DNA of 64,000 nt. Source: Eledone cirrhosa. Its lineage: Eukaryota. The notes beneath the pieces were generated by a model. The model was not told the origin of the DNA. It did no database searches and was given only the letters and a program-made list of their open reading frames with translations. The stretch spans positions 80,972,001 through 81,036,000 of the forward strand of contig OZ024743.1 in the NCBI GenBank assembly GCA_964016885.1. Direction: 5' to 3'. Below are positions 1 to 12,869 of the stretch, one piece after another; position 1 is the first letter of the stretch, and each line of letters opens with the position of its first letter. The position numbers and the translations under genes are program-made.

Positions 1-380
1 TGTAGTGAGAGAGAGAGAGTGTGTGTAGTGAGAGAGAGAGAGAGTGTGTGTGTAGTGAGAGAGAGTGTGTGTAGAGAGAGAGTGTGTAGTGAAAGAGAGA
101 GTGTGTAGTGAGAGAGAGAGTGTGTGTAGTGAGAGAGATTGTGTAGTGAGAGAGAGAGAGTGTGTGCAGTGAGAGAGAGAGAGTGTGTGTGTAGTGAGAG
201 AGAGTGTGTGTAGAGAGAGAGTGTGTAGTGAAAGAGAGAGTGTGTAGTGAGAGAGAGAGAGTGTGTGTAGTGAGAGAAATTGTGTAGTGAGAGAGAGAGA
301 GTGTGTGTAGTGAGAGAGTGTGTGTAGTGAGAGAGAGAGAGTGTGTGTAGTGAGAGAGAGTGTGTAGTGAGAGAGAGAGT
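1..380. repeat. Compound GT/GA minisatellite (tgtgtgtagtgagagagaga-like unit)
   Basis: Directly visible tandem array of (GT)n-AGT-(GA)n units. Confidence 0.95.
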
Positions 381-691
381 TTATATATGCTCGTGTGCCT
401 ATAATGTCTATATATAATGTGTGTGTGTAATGTATGAGCGCGCGTGTATATATGTATATATGTATGTATATGTGTATATATGTATGTGTGAGGGAAAGCG
501 AGGAAAAGAAAAGAAGAGAGGTAAAGAGAGGGAAAGAGAGGGAAAGATAGGTAAAGCGAGAGAAAGAGAGAAAGAGAGTGTGTCTGGAAGTAAGAGTGAA
601 GCAGGCAGTATGTTAGGATATGTCTGTGTGTCCGTACAGGAGGGAAATGAAGCAAGATTTTTTTAATTGTTTCGATGTGGCCAGATAGAAG

Positions 692-1012
692 TATACACAC
701 GTACACACACTGACACACGTACACACATGGACACACGGACACACGTGGACACACTGACACACACTGACACACTGACACACGTACATACGTACACACGTGG
801 ACCCACATGGACACACGTACACACGTACACACGTGGACACACTGGCACACTGACACACGTACACACTGACACACATACACACGTACACACGTACACACGT
901 GGACACACTGACACACTGACACACTGACACACGCACACACTGACACACGTACACACATAGACACACAGACACACACGGATACACTGACACACGTACACTT
1001 AAGATACACACA
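692..1012. repeat. ACAC-based degenerate minisatellite (acacactg / acacacgt)
   Basis: Visible tandem variants; it explains the H/T and C/V-rich ORFs. Confidence 0.9.
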
Positions 1013-1021
1013 CTCATATAC

Positions 1022-1103
<82 letters not shown>

Positions 1104-1107
<4 letters not shown>

Positions 1108-1285
1108 TTAATATAGAAGAGATTCTACAGGACTAGAACTGTTTCATTCATTAGAAATCATAGATTTCTAATGAATGAAACAGTTCTAGTCCTGTAGAAT
1201 CTCATCTATATTAAAACTGTTATACTCTGCTATGTATTGAGTACCTTACTTACTGTGGTTACCTCCGATTCAACCCGGAATAACG
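1104..1285 (+). mobile_element. Palindromic Penelope-type pLTR remnant, family A (hairpin plus tail) in (TA)n
   Basis: Inverted repeat 1104-1218 contains the hammerhead 3' half GAAA-CAG-ttctagtc-CTG-TA-gaa; tail shared with 2222 and 4085 copies; flanked by (TA)n. Confidence 0.75.
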
Positions 1286-1948
<663 letters not shown>

Positions 1949-2221
1949 GTATTAAAGATATTTATGGTTATGTATATAATAAAACCTTTTATGGTTATAT
2001 ATTTTTTATACAAACCCCAAATAGTGAAAGATAGTCATTCATTACTATCTTATTACCAGTAAGATAAATAGCTCAATGTAATAACATCGGTTGTTTTACA
2101 GAGCAGTTATATAGAGATTACAATAATCAAAGTTCAGTTTAAATCATTTATTTGCTTACAATTGTATAATAAATGATTTAAACTGAACTTTGATTTAATC
2201 TCTCTATATATATACATATAT

Positions 2222-2383
2222 AAGTTATTCCGGGTTGAGTAGGAGGTAACCACAGTAAGTAAAGTATTCAATACGCAGCAGAGTATAACAGTTTTAATAT
2301 AGAAGAGCTTCTACAGGACTAGAACTGTTTAATTCGTGAGAAATCATCAGGAAGCTCCTGATGATTTCTCACGAATGAAACAG
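2222..2383 (-). mobile_element. Family A palindromic Penelope-type remnant
   Basis: Reverse-oriented copy of the 1104-1285 element; right arm cut at the start of a MITE. Confidence 0.75.
2306..2356 (-). ncRNA. Minimal type I hammerhead ribozyme motif (one core substitution)
   Basis: Minus strand AGCUUC-CUGAUGA-uUUCucacGAAu-UAAA-CAG-uucuaguc-CUG-UA-GAAGCU; 6-bp stem I, GUA site; G12 reads U here but GAAA in the opposite arm and the 1104 copy. Confidence 0.75.
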
Positions 2384-2637
2384 CGCGTGCAAGACTATAC
2401 AGTCCAGACAACTCTAAGAGAATCTAAAGCGACCGTCCAGCTACACGCGGTAGGGAGATGTCTCAGCGTATTTAGGGCAGTGTTTAAGGAAAAGGAATCC
2501 TGATCTCTTTGACGGTGTCTGCCCTTTCTAGCAGCTCGTCCCTCAGATGCCACTGTGACATCTCTCTGCCGCGTGTAGCTGGCGGTCGCTTTACATTCTC
2601 TTAGAGTTGCCTGGAATGTATAATCTTGCACGCGCTG
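2381..2637. mobile_element. MITE-like element with ~55-bp terminal inverted repeats
   Basis: cagcgcgtgcaagactatacagtccagacaactctaagagaatctaaagcgaccg mirrored at the right end; flanks atgaaa/atgaac. Confidence 0.75.
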
Positions 2638-3143
2638 ATGAACCATAGGCTATTCCATTTCAGTCAACAACGTCCTGGCGAAACAGATCTCTTTAGATTT
2701 GTACGCGTGTGTTATATAGTTATAGAGGTGCGTATATACATTTTAATTTATATTTTTAATTATTGTGTGTCTACCCTGCCTTCCATATATATATATATAG
2801 AGAGAGAGAAACAGACCTACATACATATAATTTCATAAACGTTAAATTACCATTGAATAGCTTTGTCTGTGGAGAGAGGGAGAGAAAGAAAGAGAGGGAG
2901 AGAGAGAGAGGGAGAGAGTGAGAGAGGGAGAGGGACGGAAAGAGAGGGAGAGAGAGAGAGAGACTTATAAAAGAGAGAACGGAAGAGAAACTAAGAAAGA
3001 AAGATAGATAGAAAGATAGAGGGAGAGAGAGGGAGAGAAACAGAGATTCAGTTAAAGAACGAGTCAAAGAAAAAGCGAGAGAAATTGAAATAAAGAGAAA
3101 TATAGAGGGGGGGGGACATAGTGATAGAGTGAAGGAGTGAGAG

Positions 3144-3211
<68 letters not shown>

Positions 3212-3635
3212 TGTGTGTGTGTGTGTGTAAGTACTCAGCACAGTAACAAGCTTCCATCGTCATTAATGCTGACACGAAATCGACCAGTACTTCTATTTTG
3301 CCACACCCAATTTCCAGTCGAAGTTTACTTTGATGTTTCATCCTATGTGTATATCTTCAGGGCTATTCCCCCACCACTTGAAAATACAATTAGACACAGA
3401 CACGAGGATATCAAATATGTATATGTTGTTATTATGTCATTCATAAACTCAGTCTTTGTCTCTCACACAAATCTCTTTCACATTTTTCGTATTTTACGCG
3501 AATACATTCACACACATACAACATATACTTGTGTATACACACACACACACATATACACAAATATATATATGTATATATACACAAATATGTACACACACAC
3601 ACACACACATATATAAATATATATATATATATATT

Positions 3636-3822
3636 ATATAGAGTCGGGACCCGAAGGCTGAGCCCTTACCGTTTCAACAGCTAGTTTCCGACTGCAACTA
3701 CCAGTTGAAACGGCAAAAGGCCCAGACGTCGAGGTCCCGACTCTATAGTCTAACCATACTCTACTACCCCAGGTATCGAGTACTCTGTTCAGTAATGGTC
3801 TAACCAGTTTCAAACTGAATCC
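3636..3822 (+). mobile_element. Divergent family B palindromic element
   Basis: tatagagtcgggacc...ggtcccgactctata inverted repeat, GAAACGGC...GTC, and tail actctactaccccaggtatcgagtactctg. Confidence 0.65.
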
Positions 3823-4084
3823 ATGTGTGTGTGTCTGGTGTGTAACTAAAGTTACAGGCGGTGCGCCATTTGAAGCCCGCAAGGCTGTTACGAGGTCCGC
3901 CATATTCCAGTTTAGATGTCTTTCTTCATATTTTTTGTTCGTGAAACTACAGTAAGGGAAATATTGAGCCTTCCAGCTTTAGGTTGCTTAACAAATAATC
4001 CCTAGTGTAAGATAATTGGGAAGATTACTTTACTGGGATCTACCCGTTGGCTAGTCTGTATTTTTATTATATATGTATATATAT

Positions 4085-4290
4085 ATATTTAATATAGAAA
4101 GGCTACTACTGGACTAGAACTGTTTCATTCGGGAGAAGTCATCATTGGCTTCCTGATGATTTCTCCTGAATGAAGCAATTCTAGTCCTGTAGAAACCTTT
4201 CTATATTAAATATTTAAATATTTATACTCTGCTTTGTATTGAGTACCTTACTTACTGTGGTTACCTCCGATTGGACCCGGGATAAACTTA
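4085..4290 (+). mobile_element. Family A palindromic remnant with decayed hammerhead (4147-4197)
   Basis: ggcttc-CTGATGA-tttctcctgaat-GAAG-caattctagtcctg-TA-gaaacc, inverted left arm, family A tail. Confidence 0.75.
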
Positions 4291-4435
4291 TATATATATA
4301 TATATATATATATACTTGATACAAATATCTAAAGGTTTTGAGCACTCTGTCCGTGGGACAAGTTAAGTAAGATCAGTATCTGCGTATGTCACTCTTGTAA
4401 CTGATTATATATATATGTATATATATGTCTGTGTG

Positions 4436-4533
<98 letters not shown>

Positions 4534-4892
4534 AGAATAAGTGACTGTGTACGTACAAATGAAATATATATATGTGGACAGAAAAATGTGGACATTCCAC
4601 GTCGATGACCAATATGTCCTGTTTCTCTTTTGTTATTTTTTTCTTTCCAATGTAGAAATTCATTTGGTTATAATTGCTAATTTGTGAAAGATTAAGCTGG
4701 CAAATGTCATTAAGAAGTATTAGGAAGGTTAGCTTTACTTCAGTGTTTTAATTAGAGGCCGAGTCTTAATTTTGTTTGCTAATTATTCCCACTATTTTTT
4801 CAGCCTGACCTGTAATTATATTCAAGCACAAATTGTTCATCCCATTTTTTTCCTGCAAGAAAAATGTTACTTCTATGATTGGTGATCGTTAC

Positions 4893-5210
4893 AGTTTTGT
4901 TTGTTGTTATTGTTGTTGTTACTGCTGTTGTTACTGTTGTTGTTACTGTTGTCGTTATTGCTGTTGCTGTTGTTGCTTATGTTGTTTTTGTATTGTTGTT
5001 GATGTTGTCGTTATTGTTGTGGCTGTTGTTCCTTATGTTGTTTTTATATTGTTGTTGCTGCTGCTCTTACTGTTGTCGTTATTGTTGTTGTTGTTGCTCT
5101 TACTGTTGTCGTTACTGTTGTTGTTGTCGTTACTGTCGTTATTGTTGTTACTGTTGTTGTTGTCGTTACTGTCGTTATTGTTGTTACTGTTGTTGTTGTT
5201 GCTGTTGCGT
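4893..5210. repeat. (GTT)n/(GTTACT) degenerate trinucleotide repeat
   Basis: Visible. Confidence 0.9.
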
Positions 5211-5689
5211 ATGATCTTATGTAAATGCTGTTTTTGTTAATGGCGTCTTTTGCTGAGATATGTTCATTAGTTTAAAAAAACTGCCCCAAATATGTGTGAG
5301 GAAAGTAGAGGATTACACCAAGAACTATTTCTGTTGTTCTTGAATAGTTGGCCCCAGGGTGTATAGAACTAATTGTTACATTTTTCAAAGTAGCTCGAAT
5401 ACTTCCAATGATTATGTTGTTAAATTGTACACTTTCATACACTACATCATCGTTTGGGTTTCAATCTCACTATGGGGTACTTTGTAGAAGAGTAACATGT
5501 ACTGAGTGTGCTCCGTCAGTTTCGAAGATGTAAATTCAGTCGATCAACCAAATTTCCCACTCATGAACTAACCTGTAAGTGGTTGAGTATTCTGTAGACA
5601 CAAAAGGTACTTTTGTATTAAGTACCAAACCGAATCAGCGTGGCACAATATGTGACAAAGCAGTTTCAATATGTGACAGCTACAGTTGA

Positions 5690-6130
5690 TCCAGCGTCAG
5701 GAGCACTTCTTACCAAATCCAAGCCCGACTCTTCCTGGAAAACCTTCCCAACATGCGTTTGAAATCACGAAAAGCATTCTGGGAGTCAATGAAAACCTTT
5801 CAGTACAATAACATTGGTCTGAAGGAAGAAAAGCAAACATCGTGGAATGAGTTAAATTTTCCAACTAAGACCTTATCAGGACCCCACATCTAACCCAGTC
5901 GGCTTTGACCTTCCTAGAAAACAATGGGTGTCCTTTGATCGGATCTACACAACACATGCCAAGTTAGCCCATCATCTCCATCGATAGAAAATGAACGCCA
6001 GCCCAGCATATAACTGTCGGGATCCTGACCTCCCTCGGATGCAATCCATGATACTACAAATGACGCCTTGGTCTGGCTTTCCAGTCTCCACCTTCCCCTC
6101 TAACTATTATGTATACGTCATATAAGAAGA
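5690..6130 (+). mobile_element. Decayed 3' end of an Ingi/Vingi-like LINE
   Basis: Manual translation gives GFDLPRKQWVSFDRI.T.H....HLHR....SPA.NC..PD, resembling the C-terminal zinc-knuckle region of I/Ingi/Vingi ORF2; ends in ataagaaga. Confidence 0.5.
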
Positions 6131-7129
6131 AATTCATCCGACTGGCTTCCACACAGACTCCGTCTACCAAACATTTTCCAGCTGCTTATGTTAATATTTG
6201 CCCAGCTGCTTATGTTAATATTTGCCCAGATACTGTGTAATGAGATGGAACAGTGTACCTTAAGATTGCAAAGAGGAAGTTTTAACCTCTTAGTCATGCC
6301 CTTGACCACGTGATATCAAAAACCTTGTGAAAAGAAGGGACAATATTATTTTCAAACTGAGAATAATGGTCTGAAAAAGACATAAACCGTGGCCAGGCCG
6401 GTCTGCTAAACCAGAATATAGTGGACTATGAAAATAACACCTGATGACTGTGATATTAAACTTCAACAAAGTGAAGCCAGGCAAATATTTCCAGTGACCA
6501 GTTGGTGGAGTTAAACCCTGAATATGGGATCCCTGCTAAACACATACTGACCAGCTGGTGGAGTTAAACCAGAAAAGGATGAACTCAGGTAAGAACAACC
6601 AATCAATGACAAGTGTAGGGTGGTAGTAGTTGTGGAGGGGTTAAACCACATAAAATGAACCCAGCTAAAAACACCACCCTAATTACCAGAGGCAATAAAT
6701 CACAATAAAAAGGATAATGCTGAGGGCACCCAACTAACCACAGGGTGATAATGTTAAACCACAACGGACTACCCTGAACCCAAATGACTAGATGGGTGAA
6801 CTTTGTTAAAGACATCCACCCATCCACCAAAAGGTAGTCTTATACTACAACAGAGTTAAAAACACCCGACAGAACAAATGAATGTTCATCGTTGACACTG
6901 ACGTAAGACCCACCACAAATAAACTAACAAAATAAATAAATAAATACAAATAAATAAATAAATAAATAAAGGGAGACAACCAAGAGCTTATTCTGTCATT
7001 GATGCGAAACATTTGCCTGAAGGCAATCCACGTAATTTTCTTTTTCTTCTTAATTGCTAAGTACTGAAGAATGGAGGTTTGAAATATAGCAGAGATGTAA
7101 ATATAAACATCTGGTAACAGTATGTATAA

Positions 7130-7213
<84 letters not shown>

Positions 7214-7229
7214 AATTTCAACCAGCACC

Positions 7230-7870
7230 ACCTCGCATGTTTTCGTTCGGCCACGCATCTCCACGGCAGTGTCTCGCTCCATGCCTTACCCTCCTTTTCT
7301 CCTGGTACGCAGCTGGATAATGATATCCTGTGCATCGGGGTCTCCCTGAGGCTCGGCATTTGGATCTACGAACCACACAAATATGGCTGAGAATCCACCG
7401 TAGACGCTTTCGGCCTCCACTCACTTTCCTGTCGTTACTGTGCCAGCCCCCTTCCACACCATGCTGCTCTCAGCGAGGTTATAAAGCATGGCTTGGATGT
7501 TGCAGGCTTTCCCTCCCAGCTCGAGCCGACGGGGCTGGGCTGAGGGGACGGCAAAAAGCCAGACAGCATGACCATCTTTCTGTTCTGCGGTGGTAAACCC
7601 CACATCTGGGATGCCACTTGCAGCAGTAACCTGGTGAAGTCTGCCTCTAATCCAGGCTCTGCTGCATTTCGGGTTGTGGAGGGTAAACTCTCCAAAGATC
7701 AGTCACTCTCCGACTGGTTTGCTGTCGATCTCCTAGCAGTAGAGACTTCTGGTGTCCTTGTCTCTAGGGCCACCTCCCTACTCACCAACATAGACGCTGA
7801 TCTTGTTAGCCACAGCTGTGGACCTCGGAGATGGAATGGCTCTTCAGGCGCATTTCCCTCACCATCCTCT
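7230..7870 (+). mobile_element. Decayed CRE-clade non-LTR retrotransposon fragment (zinc knuckle plus RLE endonuclease)
   Basis: Frameshifted translation LDND...VSLRLG.WIYEPHK...GLHSLSC...HHAALSEVIK...AGFPSQLEPTGLG.GDGKKPDSMT...GKPHIWDATC...PGSAA..VE.K...LAVETSG matches the CRE-type RLE motif order. Confidence 0.7.
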
Positions 7871-8274
7871 GGGGAAACGACTTCTCTATTCTGTCAGCCG
7901 AGGCCGTGGAGCTGCCAGCACGTGGGACCCCATTGGCTCATAATAGTGAAAGATGCGCAGGGCAAGGGAGATGGAGGTGATGGTCAGTGGGAGGTTGGTT
8001 CCTCTGTGTTCGGACATGGTGTACATGTGTGTGTATGTTTACATCATTCTTCACAGTGAATAAATCTGAAACTGATTCTATTACATACAAATACATGTTC
8101 AATCAGTTCATTGTAGATTTAGTTTGGAAGGTATTAATCCATTACCAGTGTTTCACATAGAATATGTAAGTAGGTATGCGTGTGTGTGTCTATGTGTGTA
8201 AGTCTATACACATATGAATATATATATGCATATATATATATACATATGTATATATATATGTGTATATATATATA

Positions 8275-8591
8275 TAGGAAAAAGTATGACCCCGACGGCA
8301 GAGCTCAAGCCGTTTCGACGGCTATTTATGGACTGAATAGCCGTCGAAACGGCTTGAGCTCTGCCGTCGGGGTCATACTTTTTCCTATATATATATATAC
8401 ATATATATATATAGGAAAAAGTATGACCCCGACGGCAGAGCTCAAGCCGTTTCGACGGCTATTTCTGGACTGAATAGCCGTCGAAACGGCTTGAGCTCCG
8501 CCGTCGGGGTCATACTTTTTCCTACTACCCTAAGTATTGAGTTATCTGGTGCATTATGGTCCATCTGGTTCCTTACCACAATTCCTTCGTT
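8275..8591 (+). mobile_element. Two tandem family B hairpins (8275-8387, 8412-8524) plus 3' tail
   Basis: ~52-bp near-perfect inverted arms with a 9-nt loop; arms carry GAAA-CGGC-ttgagctct-GCCG-TC-ggggtc; (TA)n flanks. Confidence 0.85.
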
Positions 8592-9285
8592 ATATATATA
8601 TATATTATGGAATACTGTTGGCTTTTTGCTACAATGTTTTCTATACCTTTCATTTATATATATATATATATATACGTGTGTGTGTGTATATATATATGAA
8701 TGTTTGTGAGTATATGTCTGTAGGTGTGCATGCAAGTGTGTGTGTGTGTGTGTATGTGTATGTGTGTGTATGTGTGTATGTATGTATGCGTATGTGCATA
8801 TGTGTGTGTGTGCGTGTACGTGTGTGTGTGTGTGTGTGTGTATGTGTGTGTGTGTATGTGTATGTATGTATGTGTGTGAGTGTGTGAGTGTGTGAGGGTG
8901 TGTGTATGTGTGTGTGTGTGTGAGTGCATACGTGATGATGTATTGGGATCAATGGCCAATGGAGAAGGATTGGAAAGAAAGTGATAGAGTTGAGTAAGAA
9001 GGTGAATGAGGGGGGGGGAGGTGAAGCAGAGGCGGTGATGTTAGGTGGGGGGAGAGGGGGAGAAAGTGTGTCAGAGATTGTAAGATGGGGAGTGGGAGAG
9101 GGGAGAGAGTGAGAGGGAAGGAGGAGAGTGATAGAGAAAGGGAGGGAGAATATTACAATAAAATACGAGAAGACGTATCAGTGAAAGAAAAAGTAATAAG
9201 CCGCCAGATCAATCAATATATCCATATATCAATCTATCTTGCAATCAACCAATCAATCAGTCATCGATCCATCTATCTATCTCAG

Positions 9286-9396
<111 letters not shown>

Positions 9397-9399
9397 TAA

Positions 9400-9970
9400 A
9401 TATGTTTTATAAATGTTGACATAGCCGTAGAAAAACAACCATGACGGTTGAAGGTTCTCAGGATAGTGGAACATTGTTTATTGAGGGTAATTCAAAGTTA
9501 TGTGTGAGTATGCAAATGAATGTCCGAAAAAATTGAAAGAACAAACGTTTATTTAAATTATACTGTTGGAAGAAGAGAGAGAAAAAAGAGAGAGAAAAGG
9601 AAAAAGAAAAAGAAAAAAAAGAGAGAAAAAAGAAAGAAACTTTTTTTTTTGCATACTCACACATAACTTTGAAATACCCTCAATAAAAAATTTGTTCCAC
9701 TATCCAACGAACCTTCAACCGTCAAGTTTTGTTTTTCTACGGTTATGTCAACATTTATAAAACATATTTTGTATTTTATCTGATGAAAGCGCACCAAAAT
9801 TGCCTTGGTTTCCCTTGAAATATTAATAATAAAATAATTATAGTTTTATAAATATAATTTCCATTTATTAATATATTGAATATTTACTCCAGTAAACTGT
9901 TGAGTGCTTTATATCAGTTATAAAACTTTTAAGCTTGTTGAATCCCAACAAATTAAATATAACTTCTGCA
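9400..9970 (+). mobile_element. Penelope pLTR remnant with inverted 5' partial copy
   Basis: 9400-9515 is inverted relative to 9650-9767; contains a hammerhead; similar to 47350-47580. Confidence 0.75.
9772..9836 (+). ncRNA. Minimal type I hammerhead ribozyme, core intact
   Basis: UAUUUUAU-CUGAUGA-AAG..ACCAA..UUGGU..CUU-GAAA-uauuaa-UA-AUAAAAUA; 8-bp stem I, very short stem III typical of Penelope hammerheads. Confidence 0.75.
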
Positions 9971-10020
9971 TATATATATATATATACGAAATGTAAATAA
10001 AAATCAAAGAGTATTCATTT

Positions 10021-10072
10021 AATAACTAACGACCGTTTCATCCTAGCACAAGGTAGCTTTTTCAGAGTTATT
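10021..10072 (-). ncRNA. Hammerhead motif with G8->A
   Basis: AAUAACU-CUGAAAA-...-GAAA-CG-gu-CG-UU-AGUUAUU; 7-bp stem I. Confidence 0.6.
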
Positions 10073-10348
10073 ACAAGTGTTAAATACAAATATAGGATCT
10101 AAACTTTGCTTCAAGAACATTTGGAGGAGACATATTGAGAGAGGTTAGGTAAGAGCAAGCATTGATATGTATACAAGGTAACCAAGGAAGTGAGGCGGAG
10201 AACATGAAAAATAGGAGAAGACAACAAATGAGGAGCAAACAAAGGGCGGTAAAATAAAGTAAAATACAAATAAATAAAGTACAGTAAAAATCCACATGTA
10301 GTTGAGGGCAAAATTGATGCTGAAAAAGTTGGTAATAGAGGACAGAGG

Positions 10349-10452
<104 letters not shown>

Positions 10453-10453
10453 T

Positions 10454-10484
<31 letters not shown>

Positions 10485-10540
10485 CATCTAACTATTTTTT
10501 TCTATCTGTCGCTGTATATACATATATATGTATATATATA

Positions 10541-10754
10541 TAACGAAGGAAGTGTGGTAAGTAACCAGGTGGACAATAACGCACCAAAGTACTCGATACT
10601 GGGTAGTAGAGTGGGTAATAGGAAAAGAGTCAGGACCCCGACGGCTGAGCTCCGGTCGTTTCGACAGCTAGGTAGGTCTGAACTAATGTGGTAGTTGAGA
10701 CCTACCTGTCGAAACAGTCGGAGCTCAGTCGTCGGGGTCCTGACTCTTTTCCTA
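10541..10754 (-). mobile_element. Family B palindromic element (different loop)
   Basis: Reverse tail plus inverted arms ggaaaagagtcaggaccccgac...gtcggggtcctgactcttttcc. Confidence 0.8.
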
Positions 10755-11115
10755 TATATATATGTTTGCGATGTATTCCAATGATTTGATCAGATAAACA
10801 CTGTAATTAAGGTCGAGTGACGTAACTTCTAACGATCAGCGGTTTTTAGACTCATCTGATTAATGAAACAATTGTTAATACTGTAAGTGAGCCATTTTTG
10901 TACAGTCCACCATGTTATTCTTCATTCTTTTGCTATTATTACTATAAGAACCACCTGCATAGGAATTCTCTTAAACTGGCCACCTAGCTAAGGAAACTTC
11001 TTGTTGAGTCAAACAACCTTAAAACTATCCTCAACAGAAAGTACTCACAACCTCTAGCTGGATTACCTTAAACGATACCTTGTTATCCTATATATATATT
11101 ATCTATCTATCTATA

Positions 11116-11196
<81 letters not shown>

Positions 11197-11214
11197 ATAT
11201 ATTTATATATATAT

Positions 11215-11812
11215 CAAGTTACAAAATAGGAAATAATAGACAAAAATATACCTATTTTTTTCTTCAAAAACCCGACTGCAGTTTTGCCGATCCATGTGCA
11301 TCGAATTCTGCACTTTAAAAATGCATCATCGCTGTTAGGTTGATATGGCTTATCAAGAAACCCCTCAGAAAAAAGGATTGTTTCCTGACGCGTTTATAGC
11401 AAGTGAAAAAGTCTCAGAGGCGGAGGGAGAAATTAACACGTGATATAGTGGTAAAAAAAAGGATTGTTTCTTTCGTAGCAAGTGAGAATTTCTCGAGGGG
11501 CGAGGAGAGAGATAAACACATGATATAGTGGTCACAGAAGGGTAGTAAGGTGGACAGTGAGTGAATAACGTATTTGCTAGTGGTCAACTCGACCATAGGG
11601 GAGTTTGGGACAATATAATAATGAAATACACATACATATTCATATGTATGTGTGTGTGTGGTGTCCGCCTTAACAAGTTTTGCTCGATGACCGAAAGGGT
11701 CAAAATTACTAAAATACTTAAATCAACTCCATAATCAGAGTTATTTATCAAATTACAAAATATGAGTAAATAATAGACAAAAATATACCTATTTTTTCTT
11801 CAAAATCCCGAC
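11215..11812 (-). mobile_element. Penelope-type remnant with ~55-bp direct repeats and a U3-A8 hammerhead (11268-11362)
   Basis: Direct repeat 11216-11276 / 11750-11812; minus strand TTGATAA-GCC...GGC-AAAA-CTGCAG-TC-ggg. Confidence 0.6.
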
Positions 11813-12383
11813 ATATATATATATATATATACTTGTGTATAATGGTAGCTATGGTGCTTCCATAGGCGGTATGCCAAAATTAGCACTCAATATTCATACA
11901 GAGTAGTGTGGATAGTATAAAAAACGAACAATCAGTGATGCATCTGGACTCAGTTTATTGCGTGTTACAATTGTTTCGCCAGCAGGTAGCTCGAGACATG
12001 ATCACTGTATGGATCAGGCTGATTCTATATATATATATATATATGTGTGTGTGCGTATATGTTTGTATGAATGTATGTATGTATGTGTGTGTTTTTGTGT
12101 TTTGTAATACTTGAGACGTTCAAATGTTAATTAAATGAGATCTCAATAATTGTGGGTGAAGTGTAAAGTTTTATTTCTAGATATCTTTGACGGGATTTGT
12201 ATTCCTAGTCCCGTAACTGTTGAGGGAACCATAGTGGTGCTGTGTTGCTATAAGTCGTTTCTGGGACATTTTTATACCTGTTTAAGCCCGTCTTCTCTCC
12301 AGGTCTAAATACAACAGATTTCTTCCAGAGAAGGTAAGGGAGAGTTAGGCAAAAGAAGTGAGAATGAGATATAGAGGAACAAT

Positions 12384-12526
12384 TGACCCAGTACTTGACT
12401 GGTACGTTTTTATCGACCTCGAATGGATGAAAGGCAAAATTCACCTCAGCAGGATTTGAACTCAGAAAGCAGAGAGCCGGGATGAATACCACAAATCATT
12501 CTATCCCACGTTCTAACGACTCGGCG
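12384..12526 (-). mobile_element. tRNA-derived SINE (octopus-type), diverged
   Basis: tttatcgacctcgaatggatgaaaggcaaa...ggatttgaactc (B box on minus strand). Confidence 0.75.
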
Positions 12527-12869
12527 AGATTTGAACTGATGACAAAATGCCGAATCTGATATCACAGGGTATTTTCTACGAAGCTCCGAATACCGGACCA
12601 ATTCGCTGCCTTGTAATATAAATGAAGGTGTCGGTTTCGACGGTGAAGAGTCCAGTTGTTGGATTCATGGGGAGGTATACTCAACAAATTAACGATTAAA
12701 TGGACGAATATTCCGCAAACACTGGTGTCCTTAATGTCGCCGTGTTTTGAACTCAGTGTGAAGACAGCTAGAGCAATTACCGCGCGATATTCAACACCGT
12801 AACGACTTTCATTTACCCTATTTACTTTAAATCAATCCTCTAAAAAATCCGACCCTTAGAGTAGACGAA

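Noticed and set aside
2108-2210. ~40-bp inverted repeat next to (TA)n
   Set aside because: Probably another Penelope-type inverted junction, but no ribozyme core or second copy is visible
6480-6840. Loose repeats of gaccag.tggtggagttaaacc
   Set aside because: Decayed minisatellite, too irregular to interpret
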